From: Massalongia carnosa
Taxonomy: Eukaryota
Length of the DNA: 64,000 nucleotides
Reading direction: 5' to 3'
Assembly (NCBI GenBank): GCA_965645245.1
Contig: OZ287073.1
Span: 1,116,001 to 1,180,000, forward strand
Below are positions 38,509 through 51,400 of the stretch, one piece after another. Both the position numbers and the translations under genes were made by a program. The first letter of the stretch is position 1, and every line of letters starts with the position of its first letter. The notes under the pieces are model-generated. The model ran no database searches, was not told the DNA's origin, and saw only the letters and a program-made list of their open reading frames with translations.

Positions 38509-38765
38509 ATAAAAAAATCGCACGCTGTGAAGATAGATTACTCATGTATGAACAAAATAAGTTTTGATGTAAAACCCGCTCATCGCGGAAACTTTTGTCC
38601 TGGTACTGTATCACAAAAAATAAATACCTAGGTAGATAGTAGAATCACACTCTGTATAGATAACGAAGTTAACCATGAATCTACGTGCCTAGAAGTAGCT
38701 CGCCGGAGATACCTCCTGAAATAGGGGTCTAAAAACGGGTTGGAGAAGCACAAGCTTGCTCTATT

Positions 38766-40314
38766 TCACTCCTCAAAGCTATATCTTAACCATTCTCCAA
38801 CAGCCCTTAAGCTCTCCCATCGCACACTTTCGTCCGCGTCAGTCATCAACGCCATGACAGTCCCTTTAATGCCAAGTTTTTCTAGTTGCGCCCGCTTCTC
38901 CGGCGCTTCTTTTACCAGCCAAGCCACATCATTACACGCGATCGCGAGCACTTGTTTATCATCGTCCCAGGTCTTGCTCAATATCTCTGCTAGTTTCTTC
39001 GGCAATTCGCCTTGGCTCTCGTCAAGAATCTTCCGCGAGTTCTCCCGCCAGAATGCGCCGTCGCGGTGAGGAGGACTCCAACACAGTCGACCATTAAGCA
39101 CTTCCGAGGCATATTCATCAAAAGTAGTCTGCGAGTCGGTATACTCCCCCAGTATATCAATGAGCGATTGGAGATCTTCCAGAAGGTCGGGATCGGTAAG
39201 GTGGCGGCCTTTGAGGTTAGAAAGGAGCGCAGGAAGTCGGACTCTTGTTGCAATAGGGAGAAGGGCGGCACGATTTTCAGAAGGTGAAAGAAGATTAAGT
39301 AGGGTGGAGAGGAGAAGGCGAGTGGTTTTTTCCTTTGGGGAAAGCCGAAGTAGCTGGGCGTAGAGAGGGATGATTTCTTGCTCCCTGACGTAGCCTTAGC
39401 GGACAGTTAAGATAGCAACTATAGAGCGAAGATACTTTTCAAGTCCTTTCCCTACCAATACGCCTTCGAAGCTGAGCTGCCAGATGGTGAGTAGTACATG
39501 ATACAGTAATTGTAAACCCACGCCACCATTAAGGCCAGCCTCTGTAGCGCTACGTATGCTAGCTCCACCACTCCACATGGCTGAGTCCGAATCTTTACCT
39601 GCGCCTGCTGCCGCCCGTAGGATGTCTATGAGAGGGCTCACCGTCTCTGCACGTTTGCTCCAGAAGAGCTCCCGCGCCTTTTGCGTTCTAAGTATTGCAG
39701 AGTATTCTTGAACCGCAATGTCTTGTAGCCCACTATCGTGGCTTCGCGTAAGATTCGCAAGGTATCTGTAAATTTTTGTTAATGCTTCTTTGGTTTTCGG
39801 GGAGAGTGTTGCGGATTGAAGTTGAGCAGATGAAAGTAAAGTCGTGAGTACAGATGAGGTAAGAAGAGGTATAGTATCCTCTGGATTTGTGGGATGGCTC
39901 AGTAATGGGAGAAAGGGCTTATATGGATCAGGATGTTGGAGAAGGACAGAAGGAAGACTGAGGACGTCTATCTCAAGAGTTAGCATCACGCGTTGACAAC
40001 CTATGAAGACACTGCATACCGTTTAGCAAGTCCCCGGTTAGAACAAGCATGTATTGAATTACATCCGTTCGTTTGGCTGCAGACTCTAGTACACTCTTGT
40101 CATTCACTCCTCCCAGTATCAATGACTTATAAGCCTCTAAATCGGCCTCCACAGTTTGCCGTCTCTGTTCTTTTCTGACTTTATCTACCGCCTTGATTTT
40201 CTTCAAGTCATTTTCTGTAATGATACCCGTACGGACAGCGCCGTCCCATGGAATTGGCCGGGCCCGGATGTTATTCAGCAGAGAATTGAGGTAGGTTGGT
40301 GGATCTAGAGACAT
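38766..40314 (-). CDS. VMA13: V-ATPase V1 subunit H (multi-exon)
   Basis: MSLDPPTYLNSL...RARPIPWDGAVR, GLQLLYHVLLTIWQLSFE, KEKTTRL, LCWSPPHRDGAFWREN, VLAIACNDV motifs. Confidence 0.93.
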
Positions 40315-40639
40315 TATGGCTTTGACACTTGTGTCTGGAGGGTCAACTTTCCAGCACCACCTAAATTTCAGAGAAAAGAGGGGAAAGACTTGAGAAGTGT
40401 AGGACGTTCGAGACGATAAGTAGATAGATCGGTAGAAAGGCACATAGTAGATAGATATCCCTGCAGAACATTAGCTTGGCGTCATAATTACCTTTTTGGC
40501 TCTCGGCAAAAATCAACCCCGACAATCCGTTAGGATTTCCTATATCGACAATCATCAATATATAATTTTCCTTCAGGATTAACTATCAATAGCGTAGTAG
40601 ATCAAACAGAATCTACGCCATATTGCATCATCCTTCAAT

Positions 40640-43600
40640 ATGACGAGCTTAAAAAGAGGTATAAATAGTGATCGCCATGCATCCAGCATCTCAAGTAAGG
40701 TCTTCGTCAGATCAACAAAAAATGGAAAAGTCCAGAAGATGGTTACGGAGTTGTATTTACGACAAGATATTCCATGTTCATCAAAACTGTGTTTAGCATG
40801 TTTAGCGAATGCTCCAGCGAATGCCAACGGAATTAGTAGGTCAAAATCAGCGATCGCTGTGATTGTTCTATTCACAGTCTAACGTGGCTTCAGCATCTCC
40901 TTTTGTTTTATCTGAAGCTCCCGCTGGTACAAAATCTTTCCCTGTTGGTCATTACCTTGTGCCAGATACTAATGCCCTACTGAATGGTATGGATATTTTT
41001 GAGCAAACCACCGGCTTCTACGATGTCATTATACTTCAAACAGTTTTGGAAGAGCTTAGAAACCGGTCTTTGCCGCTTTATAACAGACTGATAGGATTGA
41101 CGAGGAGTGAAGATAAGCGCTTTTATGTATTTTTCAACGAGTTCAGACTTGAGACGTATATTACGAGGGAGCATGGGGAGACCATTAACGATCGGAATGA
41201 CAGAGCTGTACGGCAGGCAGTGAAGTGGTATGTGGATCATCTTCAGAAAGCTGTGAAACAAGGAATCCAATCGAGAACTTGCCCTTCTGTTGTAATGCTC
41301 AGCGATGACAAGGACAACCTGAAAAAAGCAAAAGCTTTGAAGCTTGACGCGTGCTCGCTGTCAGACTATGTTTCCGATCTTGAGGATGCCGACCGTCTGC
41401 TTGATATGATTAATACTACTCGACAGGAACATGAGACTCGGAGCGCTAAAGCAGAACTGCTTTACCCTAATTACCTTCCTTTATCAAAGATGATGACGGG
41501 TATTAGAGCTGGCACTCTTCATCAAGGCATATTCAATGTCTCCCCCTACAATTATCTTGAGGGTTCTGTTCATGTGGCTGCATTTGATAAATCTCTTCTT
41601 ATTTTAGGGCGCGAAAACAGTAATCGAGCTGTACAAGGGGATGTTGTCGTGGTTGAGATATTACCAATGTCCCAATGGAAGGCACCTTCAACAAAGATCA
41701 TCGAAGAGGACACTCTGAATAAAAACGAGAACGCCGACGCTGATGACGGAGAAGCAGTGGTGACCGAACAGGAACGACGAGCGCTGCAGGAAGAAGTTAA
41801 AAGGACTCAGGGGAAGAGTATTGAAGGACATCCGCAACCTACAGCTCGAGTTGTTGGCGTTATCCGGAGGAACTGGCGTCAATACGTTGGTCATGTAGAT
41901 AGCAGCTCAAGCTCAATATCAAAGCAAAGTCGAAAAAAGCAAATGGTATTCTTGATACCTATGGACAAACGCATACCTAAGATACGAATACGTACTCGGC
42001 AAGCCGATGAGCTTTTAGGGAAAAGGGTTTTGGTGACTATCGATTCATGGGACCAAGAGTCGCGCTATCCAATTGGTCACTTTGTGAGATCGCTTGGTGA
42101 TTTAGAAACAAAAGGCGCCGAGACCGAGGCGCTGCTGCTCGAATATGATGTGCAGTATCGACCGTTTCCTCGAGGAGTTCTTGATTGTCTACCCCCGGAA
42201 GGCCATGAATGGAGAGTACCCGCAAATAAGACTGATCCAGGCTGGAGAGGACGACAAGACTTGAGGGATCTATTGGTGTGCAGTATTGATCCTGTTGGGT
42301 GCCAGGATATTGATGATGCACTTCATGCAAGACCTCTGCCTAATGGAAATTTCGAAGTTGGGGTTCACATTGCAGATGTATCACATTTCGTGAAGCCAAA
42401 CAATGCCATGGATACCGAAGCTAGCATAAGAGGTACCACAGTCTACCTTGTTGACAAGCGGATTGACATGTTGCCACCGCTACTAGGGACGGACTTATGC
42501 TCATTGAAACCCTATGTTGAGCGTTATGCATTCTCGACCATCTGGGAAATAACCAAGAATGCCGAGATTGTTAGTTCCTCGTTCACCAAATCAGTTATCA
42601 GGTCGCGGGAGGCGTTCAGCTACGAAGCTGCTCAGCAGCGAATCGATGACAAGTCTCAGAAGGATGACCTTACCCAAGGCATGCGAACGCTCCTCAAGCT
42701 CTCCAAAAATCTAAGGCAAAAGCGAATGTACGCTGGCGCCTTAAATCTTGCCAGTCCTGAAGTGCGCATCCAGACTGAGTCCGAGACCTCGGATCCCGCT
42801 GACGTGAAGACGAAAGAACTTCTTGACACCAACTCACTCGTCGAGGAGTTCATGCTTCTTGCCAATATTAGCGTCGCCGGCAAAATATACAAGGCATTCC
42901 CCTCAACAGCGTTACTTCGCCGCCATGCCGCCCCCCCCAAGAGTAACTTTGAGGAATTAACCAACCAATTGAAAGTCAAACGCGGCCTTGAACTCCGCAC
43001 CGAAACGTCCAAAGCCCTCGCCGACTCTCTGGACACCTGCACCGATAATAAGGAGACTTTCTTCAACACCCTTGTCCGCATCATGGCGACCCGCTGCATG
43101 ATGTCGGCCGAATACTTCTGCGCAGGCACTCAATCATACGCCGATTTCCGGCACTATGGACTTGCCAGCGAAATTTATACCCACTTCACTAGCCCCATTC
43201 GGCGCTACGCTGACCTGATCGCCCACCGGCAACTCGCCGCTGCGATCGAGTACGAAGTCGCCGACGCTAGCCTCCGTAGCAAGCACAAGCTGGAGGAGAT
43301 AACTAAAAACATCAATGTGCGGCACCGCAACGCGCAGATGGCCGCTCGCGCCAGCATCGAATACTACGTAGGGCAAGCGCTCAAGGGCCGTGTGCAGCAG
43401 GAAGAAGGGTTCGTGATGAAGGTCTTTTCTAATGGTTTCGTCGTATTTGTCGCCCGTTTCGGCATCGAAGGCTTGATCCGCTTGAAGGATTTAGGCAACC
43501 CAGAACCAGAGGCCGTGTTCGATGCCGAGGAGTATGTTTTGAGGGTTCGAGGGGGCTTGGAGGTAAACCTGTTTCAGAAGGTGCAGGTGCGCATCAGTGA

Positions 43601-43652
43601 TGTGTTAGAGCAGTCGACAGGGAAGAGGAGGATCAAGATGGAGTTGGTCTAA
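40640..43652 (+). CDS. DIS3: Exosome catalytic subunit Dis3/Rrp44
   Basis: CR3 (YLRQDIPCSSKLC), PIN (PDTN...NDRNDRA), RNB catalytic SIDPVGCQDIDDALH, HYGLA...YTHFTSPIRRYAD and S1 domain. One intron at ~40837-40893. Confidence 0.96.
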
Positions 43653-44408
43653 AGGCGTGATGGGATTCGAAGTGTCAAGGGGATAAATTTCTTCTGGGAA
43701 GGTTGAAGGATTAAGCATGAGGTTTTTGGACTTAAAAGTCACCCGCCTCTTTAATATATCTTATTGCCCCCACCTCCAATCATCAACCCTCTCGCTCCCC
43801 ATGTCTTCATCTCCCAACCCATTACCCTCCATCTCCCCCCTAAATTCCCCCAGGAACCTCTCCAAATCCAACTCCCTACCCCTTGGGAACTCTAAAAAAC
43901 AAAATCTATTTTACTGGGGAAGAAGAAGGCCACAGAATACGCTAAAATGCCTACCGTAGATGAGTTAGGTGCAAGACAGCGCGCTAGTGTTAACCTGGGT
44001 TGATGAACAGGGTTCTAAGTTTGGCAAGCAAGCGTAAGCGTAGATGAATGACGAGAGGGGAAAAGGACGATGAATGCGATTGCACAGGAACGGTGGACCC
44101 CTGAGTAGCAACTAGGACGACGACGAAAAAAACGAACTACCTCGACACCTAGAATGTCGGTGAAAAACTCCCCACGAGTAATCTAGCTACCTATCCAAGC
44201 TGTGAAAGTCTCATCATAGTTACAGTATCCTTGGGCGTTAATTCGTCGCTTTGCGCCAGAGGAGGCTCATACTCGGGGAGAGTCGGAGTTGGAGAAAGGA
44301 TGAAATAATTAACGTGAAGAGGTACAGTAGAGGGATGGATGAAATGCATACCTTTTTTGGATGTAGCTCAAAGGTGTTATGGCCCAGATACATAGTACAT
44401 ACTCCGTA

Positions 44409-46555
44409 TCCCTTCGTCTGGCAATTTGGCAGCCACCTTAAATAGGCTTAGTGAGATACCGTAGGGCTGAGTCGCGAACTTCAAAACATTCTCCCCTTTT
44501 TTTGTAAATAAGAAGGTAAACATCAGTTGAAAATCATTAAAACATCTACAATTTCTTTAGAATAATCATGAGAGGCATTGAGATAGAAGTTCCTGACCAA
44601 TCAGACGCTTTGCCCCCCTCAATTCTGAAAGAACAGGCCAAAAAGAATAAACCCAGCGTACAAAGCATAATTGACTCCATGCCCCCTCCGTCATCAAATT
44701 ATTGTCCAATTTCGATCCCATTTCGAAAACCACAGCCGGACGAGACGTTGCGCTTGATAAATCAGACTCCTTTCAGTTATTCTGCCTCTTCTTTAGCTTT
44801 GAAATGCTTGAAATCATAGCTAAAAACACCAATCTTAAAGCGAAAAAGAAGTATGCCCTAAACGACATCAAGAGACGTCAATGGCATGACACCTCTTCTT
44901 CTGAAGTAGGAGCTTTTCTGGGAATTCTGTTATATATGGGGTATACACTGATGCCACGTCTTACTGACTATTGGAACACGTCTCCTAAATTTGCCATACA
45001 TGACATGGTGATTCAAGCCATGAGTCTTCGAAGATGGGAGCAACTCAAGCGATTTTTGAAGATATCCAACCCCGACGAAGATGAGATCATTGATACTCGA
45101 GGCCCTGACTGGTGGAAAAAGCTGGAACCATTGGCCACAGACTTTCGAAAAGCATCAAAGAAATACTGGATTCCTGGAAGTCATGTGTCAGTTGACAAGC
45201 AATTGATTTTATTCAGGGGTAGGAGCTGCCATACTATGCAAATAGCCACCAAGGCGGCTGGTGTAGGCTTCAAAATCTATAGTTTATGTCAGGAAAATTA
45301 TCTTTTTGACTTCTTATTTACCTCCAAGGTGAGTAGAAAAGGCCTCAATTTGCATCGTACTAATTAATTGCAAGACAGGTGTCCAAAATTAGTGAGTTAA
45401 AAACGCCTGGACAATTGAAATTTCCGACAACCAAATGGGATTTGTCTCCTTCCTCCCTAGTCGTCATTCAACTGGCTCGAAGTTTACCGTCTGATGAAGG
45501 CTTGAAATACGTCATCTTTCTGGACAACTTCTTCACAAATACGAAGCTATTCAAAGCTCTGAAAACCATTGGAATTGGTGCCTGTGGGACGGCTAAATCA
45601 GGATGCGGTTTTCCTGTTGATCTTCTACGTCTGAGGGTTGCAGCCACCAAGAATAAGGACTGGGGAAAGAAGGCATTGATGACGGTACCTGCAAATAAAA
45701 GTAAAAAATCAAACATTGATGACGGGGACATTCTGTGTATGGCATGGGTGGATTTAAACACCGTGCAATTCATGACCACGGTTCATACAATTGAGGATTT
45801 GAAGACTTCTTTCTACAAGAATTCCCGTCGACGTCATGGAATTCCTGCAAATTCCAGAGTCATCGTTGATGATGAAGAAGAAAAGCTTCCATTTCCCATG
45901 CCCATCGTGGAATATAACCAGCACATGGGCGGGTCAGATGGGAATGCTCAGCAAAGAGCATATTATTCACCTCAAAGATCTGATCGTCGCTACTGGTGGT
46001 CAATTTTCATCTTTCTTCTGGATGCAGCCGTTCTAAATGCCTTCAAATTGTGGAGAATTCTGTATCCGAATTCAACACTCAGCCATTTGGACTTTCAAAA
46101 AGAAATAGTAAATGCCCTACTATCCAATCAAGCCGGTGCCCTACGGAAACGTCCGACAGATGTCATAGTTACTACTAATCAAGACGTTAATAAAGACGTC
46201 GAGTCAACTTGCAAATGGGAGCATTTGAATAAGAAGGACTATTGTTTGGCCTGCAAAAGGCAAGTGCCAAGACTCAAACGACGCCGACCACTTGCGGAAA
46301 TTGATGAAAATTGCACCAAAAGACGACGTGCAAGTCAGACCAGATGGCAATGTAAGAGCTGTGGACCATGTTGCAAAAAGGAGGCATGTTGGGAAATTTT
46401 ACATAGATCATGAGGGGTGATTGAGGTGTTGTACCCATTATCGTTGAAAAGGGAAAATCTGATTGGCCAGATTAAAGTTATTAGTCATTACCCGGAGACG
46501 GCGCGTGTAAAATTGAATATTACCTAAATGGCTGCCAAATTGCCAGACGAAGGGA
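44409..46555 (+). mobile_element. piggyBac-like DNA transposon, copy 1
   Basis: 27-bp perfect TIR TCCCTTCGTCTGGCAATTTGGCAGCCA, flanked by TA on both sides. Contains a piggyBac transposase. Confidence 0.9.
44568..46413 (+). pseudogene. piggyBac transposase with a 50-nt intron and one frame discontinuity
   Basis: SVDKQLILFRGR, FLDNFFT, YNQHMGGSD, RYWWSIF, C-terminal Cys-rich domain. Intron 45329-45378 (GTGAGT...ACTAAT...CAG). Frame change near 44740. Confidence 0.8.
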
Positions 46556-47549
46556 TAGGTGGTAGGAGAAGTAGTGCCCTCCTGTATGCTCCCTGGCCCT
46601 GCTCGTTCCAACAAGCCGAAAATGCCATATATCATAATATGTATCAGCGACTTTGTTGAGACTATAACCGCAACAGGAGAAATATGGGGGCTAGTTGATA
46701 TAACTATTAGTGGTCTAACCAAACGAGCTGCGAATGCAAATATACTCAGGAAAAAACATTGACTAGCAACTACTATGAAAGGAGAAAGTGGCTGCTCCTA
46801 TTTATGCCTGTGTACCACCCGTTCCAGAAGCCCCTAACTTCCAGCCACCTCTATTATGCAGTCGTAATGCTTCGTGCAAAGGTTTTACCGGCTTTTTGTA
46901 GACTTTTATAGTTGAAGGAGAGGCAGAGTGAACGACTGGTTTGCCAGTGGTTTTGGCACCTAGTTCAACATCGTGTGCCGTTATGACAGATGCCCACAAT
47001 GATGATAGCCGTTACGATCTGACGAGTGAAAGCAAGAATGATATGAAGAATTCTCCGTGCTATGTAGAGTAATAAGTCAGCCTGCAGGACTAAACTAGGA
47101 CCAATGGGGCTACGCGAGTAGAGTGCACGGCCCCCTTCTCGCTTCGGACTTGAAGCTATTCGGCTCTTTTCAGACCACATGAAGACAACAACAAGAAGAA
47201 CGACATGAAGACAAAGACAGGAAGAAAGATTTAATCATGGGAGTTCGGTGGGCTAAAGTCTTTGAGGTCGAAAATATGGCATCAAAGTCTAGTATCTACC
47301 GTCGCCAAACCCTGTGCGCCCCCCCAAAAAAGATCCCCATCATGCCAGACGCGCCAGAATATCACATGATGGAGTTCGGAGTCTAGATATGTCAGCGCTG
47401 TTGAATTTTCAGTCTAATCATGTCGGCACCCATGAGCGCTCTTCTCTCGTTCACTACTTGATCAACAAGAACACACCAGATTATTGCACAAGACCCAACG
47501 TCTTCCTGACCCATGTTCTGAGCAGAGTCACTAAAGAAGTCTCCCAAAG

Positions 47550-48466
47550 ATGAGTGCCCGGTGCGACAGATGCAAACGGATTTTCTCCCATAATGATGCG
47601 TTGATGCAACACTATCTCAACGCCTCCATCCACAATTACTGCAAGCGATGTAAACGAGACTTCGGCACACCGGTAGCTTTGGAGGAGCATCAAAAAAAAA
47701 GCTCCAGTCATAATTTTTGTGACCAGTGTGGGAATGATTATTTTCAGACAAGTGACCTGATGGAGCACATTGAAGAATGCCATTGGTATTGTGCAAAGTG
47801 CAAGCTGTTCGTAGAGACCGGCTCTTTGCTACAAAAACACTATGAAAAAAGCTCCGCCCATCACTACTGTGGTCCCTGCAAGATGGAATTCAATAGTGCA
47901 GGTCATCTAAATACTGTCAGTATAATCTGTCTTTCCTCTATCAGAAACCTAATAAGCTTATCAATCATCAGCACCTTCGTTCAGCCAGCTATGTCAACCC
48001 CGACGTCGAATGCCCAAGATGCACCGCACAGTTTCCCTCCATCTCATCTATGGTGATTCACATGGAATCTGGAACCTGCGCCTCGGGTGCCACGCGGCGA
48101 ATGGTCAACGACAACGTCCGCAGGTGGGACCCGTACCACCTCGTCACAGAGTACTTTTCCACCCACGCGAATGTCGACACCGAAAAAGAAGAAGTAGCCG
48201 CAACCTGGCAGCCAGCCATGCGGAATGACTATGTCCACCAATGCTGTTTCTGCCACCGGAAGTTCCGCAATCTCCTGGCCCTTACTCAGCATCTGAATAG
48301 CCCCGTGCACCAGCCGAAGATTTACAACTGCCCCGCGTGCACCACTAGGTTCACAGTGTTCAGCGGCCTAGTGCAGCACGTGGAGAGCGACTCCTGCGGG
48401 ATCTCTAGGCTTCCGGAGGTTAAGCGAGCCTTCGATTACATCACTTACAAACTAAGCCACATATGA
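47550..48466 (+). CDS. Multi-C2H2 zinc-finger protein
   Basis: Tandem CxxC-x12-H fingers. Intron 47916-47971 joins to HLRS...CPRC...HMESGTC. C-terminal LTQHLNSPVH...CPAC...LVQHVESDSCG. Confidence 0.85.
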
Positions 48467-51400
48467 ACTCTTTTGATAGGATCGTTTAGGATCGTTTCTG
48501 CCATCACAGAACCGAGAAAATCGATTTCTCCATGAAAGGGATTCGGTCGCTGGATCCAAGGCCGCGAATTGGAGAGGTTGGTGGAGCAAACAAGTATCAC
48601 CCTAAGGGTGACCTTGTTCGATAAATAGCATACCTACCGTACAGTAACGATTCATTTACATTTGCATCTTGCATGTCCATCCCCAGCAATCCCAACACAC
48701 CAATATAACTAAATTCCAGAACCCAGATCTCGGCGCTCTACCGTTCAGCCTCCAACTACCTACCTAGTGCAAAGTCCAGCTTTCAGATACCTACATACCT
48801 ACCTATGTACTTATCCTTATCATACCCCCTCCCCACCCCCTTTTTATTTTATATTTTTGTGCTCTCTCTCCTCCAATCTACCCTGTAACTAGGGTCAACT
48901 ACTCACCTACTCCACTCCCTTTACTTAGCCTTTCCCTCCGGTTGCAGAATCGGTACTCTATTGTAACTACCTACCCTACAGTAACTACGCAAAATGACCC
49001 AGAGGTGAAATCGAAGGACCCTCTCTCTCTCTCTCTCTATATATCGAGGCTGGGGGTGAGTAAGCAAGTGAAATGAGCAGAAACGAGACGACAAGCCAGC
49101 TCGTTGTAGCGGAATCGGGGAGGTTCACATACACGCACACAGAGAGACAGAGAGGGGGGGGTATTAGAGGCAAGGGCTACCTATGTAGCTATGTACTAAG
49201 TAAGGCAGCTTCGTCCAATCAAGTGTTGGGCATAACTAGATATTGATTCCGAAGAGAAATAAAACTTTAAAAAAAAACATGGTTGGAAATAAATATGTAG
49301 ATAACCGCGGCCGCGTGGCCGGCGCGTCTGGAACTGGCTTCGAGCGAGGGTTGAAAGATGTGAGGGTTTGGATAGGTGTATGTATACATACATACATACA
49401 CACTTCGTATATCTATCTACCTACCTACCTACCTACCTACAAGGTACATAAGTTCATCGGCATATGCGGACAACCGGACTCGGGTAAAAGTCGACTGCTT
49501 AACGATGTGGCCCTCGGTGGAGCCCTAGTCGGAAACGTGTACCGATACATATGATCGACGTACACATCATTCATCCTCCTCGTCCATCAGCGCATCTTCT
49601 AATATCCCCCCGATGGCTGGATACAACGCGCCAATGGCAGGTGTTCGTCGCCGGCCTCGTGAATGGCCCTTGCTAATAGACAGCGATCTCAATCCCTGGA
49701 GGGAAAGACATTGCTGCTAGGTCCTCTTTTTAATACGTCCCAAATCCCCACTTTAGCTTTTTGGAAAAAAAAACTCCCCGATAAAAGAGGTCTTGCCAAA
49801 CAGAGTAACAAAGAATCTCCCCTCTTTTGAATTTTCCATGAATTAAGGTGCTGACGACTTTCCCTCCCATTCACGGCGCCAAGGGTGTTTCGAGGCATTC
49901 CTCCAGCAGGGCATCGGTGGGGCTGCGGAGGATGTCCAACGAGATGGATACAAATTATGTGAAGCCGATGGCGATGGCATTGTTGCCTAGGAAAGAGAAT
50001 GAAGGTTATACGTTTTCTAGACTCTTGATTTGGGGGGGATTACAACAGCTCACCGCTCGTTCGGGTCATTGGAGGGTCCTGACCTGGGGTGAACTGCACT
50101 ATGCTAGTTTCGGGGAACTGGAACTGACGAGCAGCGTTAAGGCAACCTGCTTGTTTTGGAGTTCCAAAAGTGGGCTCGCAGCTCGGGCTGGAGTAGGATA
50201 TATTGACAGCCGCGCCCGACAGGCAAGATCGAAAGGGTGGTCTTGGCACTCTCTGTGTTTGCTTTGACCAGTCGCCGCCACATATTCCATCAGCACGGTG
50301 ACGCAATCAGAGATGAATCGATCACGATTGTCTACGCCCGGTTGGTTTAGTATTTCCCGAAACCCGTCGGTGAGTCGTGATAGAAGCTCGGGACTGTACT
50401 GTGGCTGAGACCTACTTCTCCGGTTTTTGACGACGATTACCATGAAACCGCGCATTTCTATTGAAAGCAGTTAACAATACGGGCTGATCAAAACTAGTTG
50501 GTGCTATGGTCAACCTATTTTTATATAGACTACAAGAAGAATGATAAGAACCCACGAATTGTATGGTCCGGGATTGTGGCCACATCAATAAAATTTCCCA
50601 TTCCAATCGTCCTATAGCCTCCCACACTCCAAATAGGGTCGAGGTAACTGGCGCGAGCACATCACCTAACCACATCAGCCGCCACCTGTCGCACTTAGCT
50701 TTGTGTATAATCCGATTGCGAAATCTGTTGCTTCCCAGGAGGTGCTCAAATGATCGAAACTCTGCAAGATCCTTGCACCAAATCCCAATAGACTATCGGG
50801 GTTCTTATTTTGGGCTCTGAATCGCCTTGAGTTCTTCTGGGAATGCCTCTCCATATGCGTTGTTGTAATATGTTGTGATTTCGTCGCCTTCAGGCATCGA
50901 GATTACAGCAGCCAGAAAAGCACTAAGGTAACCATATCCACATCGAACATTACACTCAACAAAACCAAGGGGCTGAAATTATGGTAGAGATGTCGAGCCT
51001 GGCTGACCATGAATTGTTCGTAACCCCAATGCCAAAAAAAAAAATTTGAAAATGAACAGGATAGTTCTTCGATTACCTAGGAAGTATATACCCATGGAAT
51101 ATTTAGTGAACATCTTGCACTTGAGAATCATGCAGTTTTGACATATCTCTTAAATGAAATCAAGGGTGCTTGTGACTTGCCCTTTTAACCTAAATCTGGA
51201 AACACTAGGATTTCTCTCCCGATGGGTTGGCATGAGATAAGCGCTCGAGTCGAACTTGAGCTTGGAATTAATGAGAGATTAAACCTTTTCTTCAGCTTGG
51301 ATATAGGGCAGATCAGATCAAACACACAAGCTTCCCCATCTCCCTACGGATAGGCATTTTCTAAGGGGCTCAATCTTCAACTTAGCACTCTGTATAGAGA

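Larger units (their letters stand above)
34972..38608. mobile_element. Non-autonomous Tc1-type MITE (~320 bp of own sequence) hosting nested insertions
   Basis: Perfect 20-bp inverted repeat CCAGGACAAAAGTTTCCGCG at 34972 and ending 38603. Right end extends to ...TACTG+TA. AT-rich, non-coding residual sequence. Confidence 0.7.
44238..47180 (-). pseudogene. Possible degenerate multi-TM membrane protein gene split by piggyBac copy 1
   Basis: Hydrophobic minus-strand fragments (RILHIILAFTRQIVTAIIIVG; FFLSIFAFAARLVRPLIVIS; LIHIMIYGIFGLL) continue in frame across the excised element into GVCTMY...SIPLLYLFTLIISSFL. Several frameshifts. Confidence 0.35.
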
